Below, piece after piece: positions 34,240-47,348 of a DNA stretch of 56,710 bases. The notes beneath the pieces are model-generated. The model saw only the letters and a list, made by a program, of their open reading frames with translations, made no database searches and was not told the origin of the DNA. Both the position numbers and the translations under genes were made by a program. Every line of letters starts with the position of its first letter. The stretch's first letter is position 1. The DNA comes from Macrostomum lignano (taxonomy: Eukaryota), in contig NIVC01004175.1 of assembly GCA_002269645.1 (NCBI GenBank), positions 1 through 56,710 of the forward strand. The letters are read 5' to 3'.

Positions 34240-34575
34240 GGATGTCGGACAGGCCGAGAACACCGGGCACGGCCGAGAATGCTGGACAGCGACTGAGAAT
34301 GCCGGGCAGCGGCCGAGAATGCCGGGCAGCGGCCGAGAATGCCGGGCTGTGGCCGAAAACGCCGGGCATGGCCGAGAATGCCGGACTGTGGCCGGAAACG
34401 CCGGGCATGGCCGAGAATGCCGGACAGCGACTGAGAATGCCGGGCAGCGGCCGAGAATGCCGGGCAGCGGCCGAGAATGCCGGGCAGCGGCCGAAAACGC
34501 CGGGCATGGCCGAGAATGCCGGGCAGCGGCCGAGAACACCGGGCAGCGACCGAGAACGCCGGGCATGGCCGAGAG
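34240..34575. repeat. GC-rich ~20-bp tandem array (GGCCGAGAATGCCGGGCAGC variants) in the gypsy 3' region
   Basis: Direct visual repeats. Confidence 0.85.
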
Positions 34576-35243
34576 TGTTCCCCGCCCTTCCTTCGGGGCC
34601 GCTCCCAGTGCCAAACAGAGGGATCACAACGACGATCAGATGAGAGATGGGATGAAATGAAGGAGTGAAGGTCTCTTGCCCGCCCTGGCATCCTGCCCCA
34701 GAACCCCCTAGACCGCCACCTCCGCCGCCCGGCGCAACAACCCCAACACGCGTCCTCCGTCGATTAGTTCAAACTGAGGGATCGCAACACTCATGACGAA
34801 CCGAGTGCTTCGCTTGAAGGCAGGCCGCCGCCAGACACGCCGAGCATGACCCCGACACTTGGCGCTGATGTCACGGAGAATGAACTTGACAGTCTGAGCC
34901 AAAAGCTCGGCGATTTCGCGTTGATGATCCAGCCGCTCGCTGCCGCACAATCCCACCATTTCAGTCAAAAGCCGGAACATCGCAGCTGGACTCCCCGACA
35001 ACAAAGCGTGCCGAAGCTCCGACCGGATTCGAGCTCTTCGCTGCGTTGCCTCCCCGCTCCAGGAGAGCAGGGCAATGGTTCCTTCGAGCCTCTTTGGGGC
35101 GCCGATCCTTCATCCCTGATGGCAGGGTTGGGCAGGTGGGACCTCCCCTGACGGGCCTTAATAGGGGAAATATATATTTTTGTTTGTGAAGCAGAGGCAA
35201 TAACACGAGCCCAGTTTTCAATAACGCGGGTGATGACGCAGAC

Positions 35244-35505
35244 GATGCTTCGAACCAATTATTTATGACGCAGGAGATGACGCGAATGATGCTTCGAACC
35301 ACTTATTTATGACGCAGGAGATGACGCGGATGATGCTTCGAACCAATTATTTATGACACAGGTGATGACGCGGATGATGCTTCGAACCAATTATTTATGG
35401 CGCAGGAGATGACGCGAATGATGCTTCGAACCAATTATTTATGACGCAGGAGATGACGCGGATGATGCTTCGAACCAATTATTTATGACGCAGGAGATGA
35501 CGCGA
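35244..35505. repeat. 44-bp tandem repeat x6 downstream of gypsy pol
   Basis: GATGCTTCGAACC starts at 35244, 35288, 35332, 35376, 35420, 35464. Confidence 0.9.
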
Positions 35506-35531
35506 CATTGCGCACGCACTCACGTCCGCTC

Positions 35532-38500
35532 TTAATAATAAACGGGCGTTCCATAACGCTGCGGAACCCTTCGATCCCTCTGGGGTCGACCTTCGATGAC
35601 TTCAACTGGCGCTTCCGGCTGCGGCTGCACTCCTGGCTGCTGCACATCCATTGGTTCTCCCTCCTCTCGAACCCGCCCGGAATGTCGCCACCATCGCTCC
35701 TCATCCTCATCGTCCGATTCCTGCGAGTCCTCCCTGACGGATTCCGTCTCTTGAGCAGGACCTGGGTGGTACCTCCTTGGTGCAGGACGCCGAGGGCCAC
35801 CGGTGCCGTCGACCGGGTACTTCCGGTACCGAGGCAGGAGGTTGTTAAAGTGCACCACCTTGATCGGCTTCCGTCGACCTTCCTGTCGAATCCTATAGCG
35901 CGTCTCCGACAGCTTCTCGAGAACTACGGCAGGTCCGGTCCAGGGTGAGTGGAGCTTCGCTTTGGCACCGGCCTTCAACACGGGGTTGTAGACGAACACC
36001 TCGTCGCCAGCCACGAATTCTCGACCCTTCACCTTCCGGTCGTACCAGTCTTTCTGCACTCGTTGACATGACGTTATTCTCTCACGCCCACCCGATGGGC
36101 TTCCACGAGCGTCTCCCGCAGGTTCTGGACTTCCTCGCAGTACGGTTCGATGTCCAGTGGGCGCGCCACTCCCAAGTCAACTGGCAGAGACATCTCGCGA
36201 CCATGCAGAAGGAAGAAGGGTGAGTAGCCGGTGCCGCGGTGCACACTGGAGCGATACGCCATGAGCGCCGGGGCAACGAATTCGTCCCACCGCCTCTGAT
36301 CCGGCTCCTTCACCAGGTGCGCCCGGATCACTGCAGTCAGCGTCTTATTGAAGCTTTCCACTTGGCCGTTTCCAGAGGGGTGATAGGCGGTCGTACGCGT
36401 CTTTCGGATATTCAGACTTTCGCACAGCTGGCCGATCAATTGCGACTCGAAATTGGCTCCCTGATCCGAGTGGATTGTCCCTGGGGCTCCGTAGTGACAG
36501 ACCCACTCCTCAAGCATTGCCCTTGCACAGGTGCTGGCCGTCTGATCTGGCACCGGTACTGCCACTGGCCACTTACTGAACGCGTCCTGCATCGTCAGTA
36601 TGTATTTGTTGCCTCGGACGCTGGTTGGCAGTGGTCCAATCAAATCCACCATCACTCTTTCAAACACATGGCTGCTGGGGATCGGCTCCAATGGGGCCTT
36701 CCGCCGCATCCCGGGCTTGCTCCGGTTACAGTCGTCACACCTTCGCACAAACTCCTCGACCTCTCGCTTCAAGCCGGGTCTCCAGAATCGGTTCCTGGCT
36801 TTCTCCAGAGTCTTTGCTACGCCGAAGTGTCCACCTCCTGGTCCAGAGTGCAGCGTCTGCAGAGCGTCGGGGATCAATTTCTTCGGGAGAACAGCCCGCG
36901 GTGGGTGACGTCCCAGATCCTTGATGACGAGGGTGTTGTCCACAATTTCCAGCCGAGGCTTTTGTGCCCAGATGGCTCGGGTCGTTGGTGACGCACCCCG
37001 AGGTGGCTCTTCGTTTGCTCGGCCGGCGTGCATCGACTGGTAAACTGGAGCGATGTCGTTGTCCACAGCTTGTGCTGCTGCCAGCTCATCTCGGCTGAGC
37101 AACCCGAGCAGCGTCGTTACCCTGACCCCGGGGAGGTCATCAGTCCGGCACGACGGGCAGTTATCCATTTCGGGATGTCGTCGCGGCGGCTTGCGTGACA
37201 GCGCGTCCGCATTCTGATGACGCGCCCCTGGCCGATGCTCCACTGCGAAGTCGAATGGCGCCAACCTCTCCATCCACCGAGCCAACTGGCCTTCCGGCTG
37301 CCTCATACTTCGGAGCCACTGCAGACTTGCGTGGTCGGTGCGCACCCGGAACCTCCGGCCAAGTAGATAGTACCGGAACCTCTCTGCGAATGTCACCAGC
37401 GCCAGGAGCTCGATTCGTGTCGTGCAATAGTTGAATTCGGCCCCTTGCAGACGCCGACTCCCGTACGCAATAACCCGCTCTGACCCGTCTTCTTGTACCT
37501 GCGACAAGACTGCTCCGAGACCCTGTCGGGTACTTCCATCGGTATCCAAGATGAACTCACCAGCCGTGGGGTCGAAGTTCGGGTAGGCCATCACGCGGCA
37601 ACCGGTCAATTCTTCTTTCAGCTTTTTGAAGGCCTCATCGTGTTCCTCTCTCCATCTGAACGGCTTGTCTTTCTTTGTCAGATCAAAAAGTGGTGCAGCG
37701 ACTATCGAGAATTCTGGTATGAAGTTTCGGTAGTAACCAGCCAGACCCAGGAACGACTGAAGGTCTTTTGCATTTCTTGGAATGCTCCAGTCACGGACTT
37801 CCTTGATCTTCTCCGGGTCGACATCGATTCCGTCCTTTGACACGACGTGGCCAAGGAATTTGACCTCATCGGCCAGGAATCTGCACTTAGATGGCTTTAG
37901 CCTCAAGTTGGCTGCGCGCAGGCGCTGGAATACCGCCTCGAGATTCGTTAGATGCTCGCTGACAGTTCGGGACCAAATGATGATATCGTCGATGTAGACG
38001 AGCGCCATCTTCCACAGAAGGTCGTGTAGTACCATATTCATCAACCTTGTGAATGTCGCCGGCGCATTGGTCAATCCGAAAGGCAGCACCTTGAACGCGA
38101 ATTGCCCCCGATGCGGAATGACAAAAGCAGTCTTTTCTTGATCCTCCCTTTTGACCTTAACTTGCCAATAGCCGGAGCAAAGGTCGAGCGTCGAAAATAC
38201 AGCCGCACCTCCGAGCGCTTCAAGTGCGTCATCGACACGCGGGATTGCTATGGCGTCCTTGACAGTTCGTTGATTCAACTCTCTGTAGTCGACACACAGT
38301 CGCAGTTCCCCATTCTTTTACGGACACAGACCACTGGCGAACTCCACGGCGATTGGGTCGGTTCAATCATCTTCGTTGCCAAAAGCTCGTCGATTTGTCG
38401 GTCGACTTCGCCGCGCCAATGTGGCGGTAGCCGTCGCGGAGGCTGTTTTACGGCTGTTCCGGTGGTCTCAATTTCATGCTGCACGATGTCCGTCGTCCCG

Positions 38501-39348
38501 AGGCGCGCTGTACTCTCTGCGAAAACATCTGCGTATCGATTCACCAATCTTAGGAAACTCGCTTTGTCTGCCCCCGTGAGCTGCTTGGAGCCGTGCTGGT
38601 TCAGTGCCGCCTCTGGGTCCCATGGATCGCAGCTGGGTCGTAAAACCGACGCTTGCTCTTCGATGCTGGCTACCAGAACCTCTTGAGCCGGATCTGATGG
38701 TCGAAACCAGCCGATGACAGCTCCCTTCCGCAGCCGCAGCTCGGAGTCCGTGACATTCGCGAAGTGAACTGGTAGGGTGTTGCCCTGCTGGATGAGGCAG
38801 ACGCTCCTGGCTAGCATTGGTCTCTCATCGCTCTTCAGTTTTTCGTCTGGTTCGGCGACGCCGAGCACTCCGGAATTCTGTGTCGCTGTTCTCCGAATCC
38901 TGGCTGAGACGGTCCGTTCGTGATTGGCCGGAATGATCAAGTTTTCGTTCAGGTACAACCGGCAGACGACTGGTTTGTGCTTGGTCTCTCGGATTGGCAC
39001 ACGTGAACCGTTCACGCGGAAAACTCCTCCGGCGAAATCGATTTGGCACCGGTGGCGGCGTAAGAAGTCGGTGCCTAGCAACAGTTCGTAGCCGACCCCT
39101 TGGACCACCGCAATTGGCGTCTGTAAAGTTTCTGATCCGAACTGTAGGGGAAGCGACGCGCATCCTAACACATTCATGGGAGTTCCGTTCGCTGAGATCA
39201 GGTGGGTTTCCGAAGGGCTGAGTTCAACTCGAACCGACTTGCTCAACTGCCGCCAGGTCCTCTCGTTCACCAGCGACATGACCGAGCCCGAATCCAACAG
39301 ACACGGCAACTCAATCTCGCCAATTTTTACCGACACGTAGATTGACAC
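35532..39348 (-). CDS. pol: Pol (protease-RT-RNase H-integrase), broken by small indels near 38310 and 36085
   Basis: LLDSGS; LDLCSGYWQ; YIDDIII; LDTDGS; HHCC zinc finger; VDLIGP, HSDQG, GQVESFN; GPY/F-like WTGP. Confidence 0.93.
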
Positions 39349-39452
39349 GGGATTAAAAGCTGTTGCAGGTTGATCTCTATCTCTTGAGCAGTCCGCCGGA
39401 CATCCTGCTGCACGTCGCTCCGGGGCTGCATCTTCGTCTCGGGTTGGGGCCT

Positions 39453-40433
39453 CTACTGTCTCGGCGGAACTCCCTCGCCCCTGCGGAAGTTCCCCTTGCC
39501 GTTTCCCTGTTGCTGACGGGTTGGGCAGTTAGTCGCGATGTGCCCTGGCTTGTTGCAGAAGAAGCAGCGAATTCCTCCCGTTCGTCGAGGCTTCTGATGG
39601 TCGCCTTCGTCGGAGTCGGTCGGTCGAGCTGCGGCGCTGCTATGCGGTTCCGCTCTCAGCGACTCGAGCTGAACCACTTTGCCTTGAAGCTGCCTCACCA
39701 GTTTCTTCAACTCCTCGAGCTCTTTGTCCTTTTCTTGGGAGTAGGCTCCATCCTCCCGAGGCACAGATTCCGCCGCGCCGCTCACCACGAAGACTCCTCG
39801 GTGGCCGCTGCCAGTTGCTCCAGCCGATCTCGGTCCCTTCGCCGCCTTGGACGCCGCCTCGAGCTGCCTCACCGCGCGTTGTGCTGCCACCAGACCTTCG
39901 GGCTGCTGCAGGTAGAGCTTCTCTCGCTGGAGGTCGGAGAGTCTCACCCCTTGCATGAAGCGATCCTTCGCGAGGTCGTCCTGCAGCTCGGCAGTTGCCG
40001 CCGGGTAGGCACAGCGCACCAGTTCAAGGAGAGCATCTGCGTAGGCCTCCAACGACTCGCCATCCTTCTGATCTCGGGTTTTTAGCTCGACCTTGCTGTC
40101 CTGCTCTGTCCGGTACCGGGAGAAGCGAGCCTCCAACCGGGCGGTGAATCCCTCGTAGTCCAGCGGATCCACAGGATCGTCGGGTCCCGGCAGGTTCAGA
40201 TTATCGACCGCAGCGTACGCCGTAGCGAGATCCAGCATGCTCATCAAGTGCTCGCGGCGATGCTCCTCGTCAATCTCGGCGGAGTCGCAATAAGCGTTGA
40301 AAGAGCGCAGCCAGAGTCGAAAATTCATGCTTGACGTGTACTTCACGGGCTTCGGGAGTCTCGGTGGCTGGGCTGGTCCATCCGCTCGCAGACGCTCGGC
40401 TAGCAGCCGAATCAGTTCGTCCACATTCGCCAT
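39453..40433 (-). CDS. gag: Gag, 326 aa
   Basis: CCHC knuckle CFFCNKPGHIATNC; capsid-like F..R.Q..GESLEAY motif. Confidence 0.92.
   Translation of the reverse strand: MANVDELIRLLAERLRADGPAQPPRLPKPVKYTSSMNFRLWLRSFNAYCDSAEIDEEHRREHLMSMLDLATAYAAVDNLNLPGPDDPVDPLDYEGFTARLEARFSRYRTEQDSKVELKTRDQKDGESLEAYADALLELVRCAYPAATAELQDDLAKDRFMQGVRLSDLQREKLYLQQPEGLVAAQRAVRQLEAASKAAKGPRSAGATGSGHRGVFVVSGAAESVPREDGAYSQEKDKELEELKKLVRQLQGKVVQLESLRAEPHSSAAARPTDSDEGDHQKPRRTGGIRCFFCNKPGHIATNCPTRQQQGNGKGNFRRGEGVPPRQ
39501..39507 (-). promoter_or_regulatory. -1 ribosomal frameshift heptamer G GGA AAC
   Basis: In-phase X XXY YYZ near the gag end; the -1 frame stays open past the gag TAG into the protease ORF. Confidence 0.7.
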
Positions 40434-40457
40434 GACAGCTCACAAGCAAACTGAGCA

Positions 40458-40475
40458 GTCCCTGTTCGGGCGCCA
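40458..40475 (-). promoter_or_regulatory. Primer binding site, tRNA-Lys(UUU)
   Basis: Minus strand TGGCGCCCGAACAGGGAC, the canonical 18-nt tRNA-Lys3 PBS. Confidence 0.9.
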
Positions 40476-40476
40476 A

Positions 40477-41442
40477 TGTTGTATCCCCCTTCCTCGCTGG
40501 CACGGCCGGGTTGGGTGACGGGTAGCGGTGTCGGGGTTCGGGTACTGGACTGCCCAGGGCTTACGAGCTCGATCGGCGACCCGAGGCGTACGGACACTTC
40601 GGGGGGAGGTCAAGGTTGAGAAGTCGAGAGAGAGGGGAGGGGCGGCTGTGGGCGGGCGGCCACTCGACAGCCTGGTGAGTCAAGGAAGAGAGAGAGAGGG
40701 CTGCGGGCGGTCGGCCACTCGACAGCCTGGTGAGTCAAGGAAAAGAGAGAGGGCTGTGGGCGGGCGGCCACTCGACAGCCTGGTGAGTCAAGGAAGAGAG
40801 AGAGGGCTGCGGGCGGTCGGCCACTCGACAGCCTGGTGAGTCCGACTGAGGAGAGAGTGAGAGAGAGAGAGATCAGGAGAGCGACCCCGAGGAACACAGG
40901 CAATTGTCTCGACAGCTTACCGGGCCGGGTCAATTATAGCACTCATACACGGGAAGGCCGATCGATTGCAATAAATTGAGTCTTCGCAGTAAGAGACCGT
41001 CTTTACGGTTGATCGCTGGTCACGTTCGTTTATTTATCGCGGTGGGCGCAAATGGGCGCAGGCACGGTGAGAAAAGGGGCGGGGTCTGAGCGTCGCCTTA
41101 AATAACGAGTAAAAAGGGGCAGGGGCGCAAACAAGGGGGGGGAGAAAGGGCTTAAGCAATGGAGCTGATTGACAGCTGATTGGCTGCGGCGAGGGGAGGG
41201 TGGAAGCGCGCACGGCCAGGGAGAGAGAGAGAGAGCAGAGGCCCAGCCAATCAGCACGGCTAGCCAAAGGGCTAAACAGCCAAGGCGAGAGAGAGAGAGA
41301 AAGAGAGCAGAGGCTCAGCCAAAGGGCTCATAGCTCCAGACTGGCTTGAGCCGGGGGGGGGGGTAACAATAATCAACTACCAAAGTCAACAACTATCAAA
41401 GTGCACTTGCACCAGGGGAGCACTGTGACACAGGTCACAACA
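40477..41442 (-). repeat. 5' LTR
   Basis: Direct repeat of 33140-34107, followed on the minus strand by the PBS. Confidence 0.95.
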
Positions 41443-41496
41443 CATGTACATGACTAAATTCCTACATGTCCAATGTTTTCAGAATCGGTGTTATCA

Positions 41497-42290
41497 GCAC
41501 TCAATTTCGCGCCGCAGGCACTCATTTTAGCGCCGCAGGCACTCATTTTAGCGCCACAGGCACTCGTGCGCTACAGGCATTCATTTTAGCGCCGCAGGCA
41601 TTCATTTTAGCGCCGCAGGCATTCATCTTAGCGCCGCAGTCACTCATTTTAGCGCCGCAGGCACTCATTTTAACGCCGCAGGCCCTCATTTTAGCGCCAC
41701 AGGCACTCATTTTAGCGCCGCAGGCACTCATTTTAACACCGCAGGCCCTCATTTTAGCGCCACAGGCACTCATTTTAGCGCCGCAGGCACTCATTTTGGC
41801 GCCGCAAGCACTCATTTTAGAGCCGCAGGCACTCATTTTAGAGCCGCAGGCACTCATCTTAGCGCCGCAGTCACTCATTTTAGCGCCGCAGGCACTCATT
41901 TTAACGCCGCAGGCCCTCATTTTAGCGCCACAGGCACTCATTTTAGCGCCGCAGGCACTCATTTTAACACCGCAGGCCCTCATTTTAGCGCCACAGGCAC
42001 TCATTTTAGCGCCGCAGGCACTCATTTTGGCGCCGCAAGCACTCAATTTAGAGCCGCAGGCACTCATTTTAGAGCCGCAGACACTCATTTTAGAGCCGCA
42101 GGCACTCATTTTAGCGCCGCAGGCACTCATTTTAGCGCCGCAGAGCACTCATTTTAGCGCCGCAGGCACTCATTTTAGCGCCACAGGCACTCGTGCGCTA
42201 CAGGCACTCATTTTAGCGCCGCAGGCACTCATCTTAGCGCCGCAGTCACTCTTTTTAGCGCCGCAGGCACTCATTTTGGCGGCGCTATAT
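41497..42290. repeat. 21-bp minisatellite (GCAGGCACTCATTTTAGCGCC, ~36 copies) inside the hAT element
   Basis: Direct tandem repeats with higher-order variant blocks. Confidence 0.95.
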
Positions 42291-42967
42291 TTTGGCGCCC
42301 TGAAGAAAAATTATTGATTTCCATAACGGGGCCCAAGGTGGGGTGGGGGGGGACAAAGCATTGGCATGTCCCCCAGATCTTTTACTGGGGGGACATGTTC
42401 CCCCTGTCCCCCCGTTGGCGACGCCCCTGACTCCGGACATACAAAGCATAGTTAAAATGAACTCTACGTCAAGAATATTTCTATTCGCCTGAAATGCGCA
42501 ACTGATCGGGTTTGTAGTGTGAGTCCTGTCAAAAATATGACGCTTTCGGCGGTCAAAGTAGATCACAGGAACCTTAATTCAATCCGATCTATCTGCAAGC
42601 CTAATGTAATAACAGAGCGGTACCTGCGGACAGCAAAGAACGTCATCAAGAAGTGCCCCGAGACTGTACAAAGCATTGAATTGGCTATGTTGCACACTAC
42701 CGAAACACCTTGATTGAAGAGATGCAGCTTTCGGTAAAAAACTGTGGTGTGATCTACTACCAGCTACTTTTTAAGATCTACAATCGCGCGGTTCTCGTCC
42801 GCTTCGACAGCACCGGGAGGTCGACAGCACCGGGGACTCCAAGATTGAGATCCTTCTTTGTCCGCATTGAGACCAACCAGTTGTTGAGGTGAAACTGACG
42901 ATTTCCCAGGCTTCGAAAAATCGGAGAGTTCCTTTCGACGACTCGACGACTATCTGCATCAAGACGG

Positions 42968-44992
42968 TGTAGGGCGTAGGCCGTGCGCTGCACTCTCTGC
43001 CCCACATTATTATTCATGACTCATTCTCTCGCCTAAACTTGTTTACCAATTCTCGACCAATCGCGCATCGCTGCACCCCACCCCACAATATTGACTAATA
43101 AATATATTGAGTAAACAGAGCCATACAGAGGCCACCTTTTCGGCACGCAAACCCAGACTTCACATTGGCATCGCAAGCAGTCAGAATGTCTGTGCCTCTG
43201 CAGCTACCCCCGCCTAAGCAGTTTAACGAACAGGCAGAACAACACAATCTCTCAGCAAAGTGGGAGGAGTGGTCCGGCCGTTTCAAAAGGTTTGTCACAG
43301 CCAGTGGCATCACAAGTGCCGACCACGGCAAGCAGCTGGCGGACACATTCAAAGAGCTGAATAGAACTTGAAAGTCTCTTGACGATCTGATTGAGGCATT
43401 CAGGACTCACTACAGCGACAGGCACAACCCTGTGTTTGTCAGGTATGAATTCCGGCACTGCACGCAGCAAACTGGCGAGTCACTGGACGCCTGGACACAG
43501 CGCCTCTACGCAGCCGCCGATGGTTGCGAGTTCGGGTCCCAGCGCGACTTGCTCATCCGAGACCAAATAGTGGCCGGCTGCAGATCCGCCCAGCTCCGGC
43601 GGACACTCCTGCAAACTCGCAACGTCAGCCTCAAGGACGCACTGCAGCAAGCAAGAGCCTTCGAGGCGGCGGAACTTCAGTCAGCAGCCATCGAAGCGCG
43701 AAACAACGAGACGATAAACTCGATCCATCGAAAACGCCACGGCCAAGAGTCCCGATCGGAAGCCAAATGCATTCGGTGTGGAGAGCCGGGCCACCGCACG
43801 TGCGAACTGGCAAGAGGGAAAACCTGCCATAAATGCAACAAAATTGGACACCTGGCGAAGGCTTGCTTGTCCAGCCCCGGCGGTTTCGATGAGAAAGTGC
43901 ACGTGGTATCGGCCCAGGGGTGAGCCGAGCCAGAGGACCTGGAGAGCAGCTGCGAGGTTTTCTGTCTTGAATCCCGAAGGAATCGCCTGCCGCGCGTCAG
44001 GGCGACCATCAGGAGCCGCAAAGCCGACCTTCTGATCGACAGCGGCGCCGGCTGCAACCTGATGAGCCTGCAGACCTTCTGGTCCATCGGAGGCAGGACA
44101 AGGGACCTCCAGGGATGCAAGCGTCGAGTACACCCGTTTGGCTCCAGGAAGCCGCTGGTCACGCTCGGGATGGCCAGGCTGCGGACCGCCGTTTACAACA
44201 TCAGCGCCAGCATCAACTTCATCATCGTGAGGGAAGCGGCAACGACGATCATCGGGAGGGAGACGAGCGAAGAGCTGGGCATCCTGCGCATCGGGCCTCC
44301 GTCACGCAGCACATGCTTCCAGAGACACCACCAGCCAGGCCCCATGAGCCGAACAAGAGACCCATCTGATGGTCGGACAACGCTGCAGAGGGACAGGCGG
44401 GACCGGAGCGGAGCACTGGCGAATCGGGCTGGCAACTCTGGCCTCACAGGTGCGCCGTGGAGCAGCGTCAGACTGAGTGGCCAATTCAAATACGAGTAAT
44501 GCGAATAATTTGCACCGGCTATTGATTGGTTTCAATTTTCAAGTTTTCAGTACATTCGATTCATTGCTGCAGAACTTAGCAACCTACATGTAGCTCAATG
44601 CACCCAAGCTTCACTGGATTAAACATTGTACTTTCGCCACAATTTTGATAATCTCGACTGTCGACTACTCGCATGCTCGAATTCTAAAATTATTGTTTTT
44701 TTTCTCCCTGATTGAATGCTCGCTTGTTTTAATGTAGTGAGATTTGACTTAGTTTTGTTTTTATCTCCCTGAATTTTTATTCACCTGGGGAAGGATGTAG
44801 GGCGTAGGCCGTGCGCTGCACTTTCTGCCCCACATTATTATTCATGACTCATTCTCTCGCCTAAACTTGTTTACCAATTCTCGACCAATCGCGCATCGCT
44901 GCACCCCACCCCACAATATTGACTAATAAATATATTGAGTAAACAGAGCCATACAGAGGCCACCTTTTCGGCACGCAAACCCAGACTTCACA
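42968..44992 (+). mobile_element. Non-autonomous 2.0-kb LTR element encoding only gag and protease
   Basis: 197-bp LTRs at 42968-43164 and 44796-44992 (one difference seen); TG...CA; 5-bp TSD GACGG; PPT GGGGAAGGA; gag with twin knuckles CIRCGEPGH / CHKCNKIGHLAKAC; protease LLIDSGAGCNL; no RT or IN. Confidence 0.9.
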
Positions 44993-46469
44993 GACGGATG
45001 GACCAGCTAGCCTGTCTCGGTGCACCCGGTAACTATATTTGACTCACTAAACTTTGCATACGCGGTCAGTTTATCATAAGCCATAAAGCCAATCCGAGGC
45101 CGTGTTTGTTGATTTTTCGAGAGGAGCGACTAGCTACGCTCGTACATGTAAACCTCACGTGTAGAGTACAATCTTTTTAGCTTGTACTCGTATTGAGTAA
45201 GGCATATATATTACAAAACTTTCCCGAATTTTTGGTCGTGAGCAGCGCCATTCATGCAATATATAGTCTGCTTCATCGAGCTGAATAAAAAACTAGGACA
45301 TAATGAATTAAGCTGCTCATTTCCACTGTTTCCCATTCTCGACTATATCGATGCTTGCAGGTATTATTTTTTTTCGAACCTTACATGTACATGTAGCTCG
45401 TACCTGAATGCTACCTGCTAGAATTAGCAACGGACACAAAAGAGTAGATACTCGTAATAACAAAATATAGTTTAAAAGCTCCTATTGTACTGGGTAAGCC
45501 TTTCAAATTACCCCAGTAGCAACAAGTTCAAGACAGGAAATTTTAGATTTTTAAAGAACGCTCAGAAAAAAATTCAAGTTTAGATCCAGCCCCCCATTAC
45601 GAAATCCATCAATACTAAATTGAAGCAAGCAATGATTTTGCTAGAGTGAGAAAACGACTGGGTGAAGTTAATAAAAAGATGGCTTAATTACTTGTCAATG
45701 CGTACATTAATTTAGAAGAATCAAAGCTTGAAAATTTCGAAACTTTATAAACAAAACTGGTCAATACGAGTAACTTAGCTTTAAATAAAACACATGTACA
45801 CAATTACATGTTAAAGTCCATAGAAAGGTATAAAAACGTGCAAGTGTTTAACATCAAATCATTTGCTACGAGCGTACTATTATGTGATACAATAAGTGAA
45901 ATCTACAAGTTATACCTATAAACGTATTTTTAACAAAATTTTAGGTGGGGGCTGGAGGTCTAAGAAACGAACCGATCGAGGGTAGCAAAAGGGTAATTCT
46001 TAAACTAAAATGAGTTGCACTTAAAGGATCAAATAAACAAATTTGCAGTCATATATATCTTGCCATGTGCCAACTTGGTATCAAACTTTTAAGATTTAGA
46101 AAAAACTAAACTGACGTGTGTAGAGTGTAGAGTAGGTGCGCACAAAATTCTATATAAAAGCACACAACAGTTTTAACAAAAATAAATTCAGCGGCGCTTT
46201 TTAATTCAGTACAGGATTCTGCCAAATAAAAGTGAACATTGTTCTTTGAATGTGTGAAGATACGGCTACGAAAGGTACGCACACAGCGCAGGAAGTTTTT
46301 AACGTTTTTGTTTCGATCGCCTTAAGTCTAAAATTCTGCAATGAGTCTCCGTGAAGAGCTCTGCAGCCCAAATTTCACCCTGGCTTGTTGGCTCCAGCAA
46401 ACAGGTTCATCTGAAATTTAAATTGCGTTGCTAGCAAGTAAAAACCCCAACAATTACCTAACTAACAAA

Positions 46470-46532
46470 CTGAACTAACTAACTAACTAACTAACTATTC
46501 AATAACAAACAAACTAACTAGCTAACTAACTA

Positions 46533-46585
<53 letters not shown>

Positions 46586-46586
46586 G

Positions 46587-46645
<59 letters not shown>

Positions 46646-46675
46646 CACTAACTTACTAACCAACTAACTAACTAG

Positions 46676-46714
<39 letters not shown>

Positions 46715-46715
46715 G

Positions 46716-46757
<42 letters not shown>

Positions 46758-46802
46758 GAGTAACTAACTGACTAAATAACTAGCTAACTAACTAACTAAC
46801 TG

Positions 46803-46889
<87 letters not shown>

Positions 46890-46934
46890 GAGTAACTAAC
46901 TGACTAAATAACTAACTAACTAACTAACTAACTG

Positions 46935-47019
<85 letters not shown>

Positions 47020-47038
47020 TTAACTAACTAACTTACTT

Positions 47039-47080
<42 letters not shown>

Positions 47081-47081
47081 C

Positions 47082-47147
<66 letters not shown>

Positions 47148-47253
47148 TTAACTAACCAACCAACTAACTAGCTAACTAACTAACTGACTAACTAACTAAC
47201 TAACTAATTAACCAACTAACTAACTAATTAACTAACCAACCAACTAACCAACC

Positions 47254-47348
<95 letters not shown>
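46470..47348. repeat. (AACT)n microsatellite, ~880 bp
   Basis: Direct visual repeat. Confidence 0.97.

Larger units (their letters stand above)
33140..41442 (-). mobile_element. Full-length Ty3/gypsy LTR retrotransposon, 8.3 kb
   Basis: Near-identical ~967-bp LTRs with TG...CA ends; 4-bp TSD CATG; primer binding site (PBS); polypurine tract (PPT) at 34108-17; gag then PR-RT-RH-IN order. Confidence 0.97.
33082..42429. mobile_element. Non-autonomous hAT-type element (~1 kb on its own) interrupted by the gypsy insertion
   Basis: TIR CAGGGGCGTCGCCA / TGGCGACGCCCCTG; 8-bp TSD ACTCCGGA at 33074-81 and 42430-37. Confidence 0.9.

Noticed and set aside
34038-34691. Five overlapping ORFs of 140-217 aa
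   Set aside because: GC-rich tandem array that lacks stops in several frames.
35244-35505. 44-bp repeats as a CRISPR array
   Set aside because: Units are head-to-tail with no unique spacers; no cas genes; eukaryotic retroelement context.
35508-40085. Plus-strand ORFs opposite gag/pol
   Set aside because: Shadow frames of GC-rich coding sequence; no motifs.
40458-40475. PBS identical to that of HIV-1
   Set aside because: Reflects the conserved 3' end of tRNA-Lys(UUU); the element is Ty3/gypsy with no env.
41466-42317. 283-aa and 201-aa ORFs (ALILAPQ / MSACGAK repeats)
   Set aside because: Translation artefacts of a 21-bp minisatellite.
46470-47348. (AACT)n as telomeric repeat
   Set aside because: Tetramer, not a TTAGG/TTAGGG-type unit, and internal with unique flanks.
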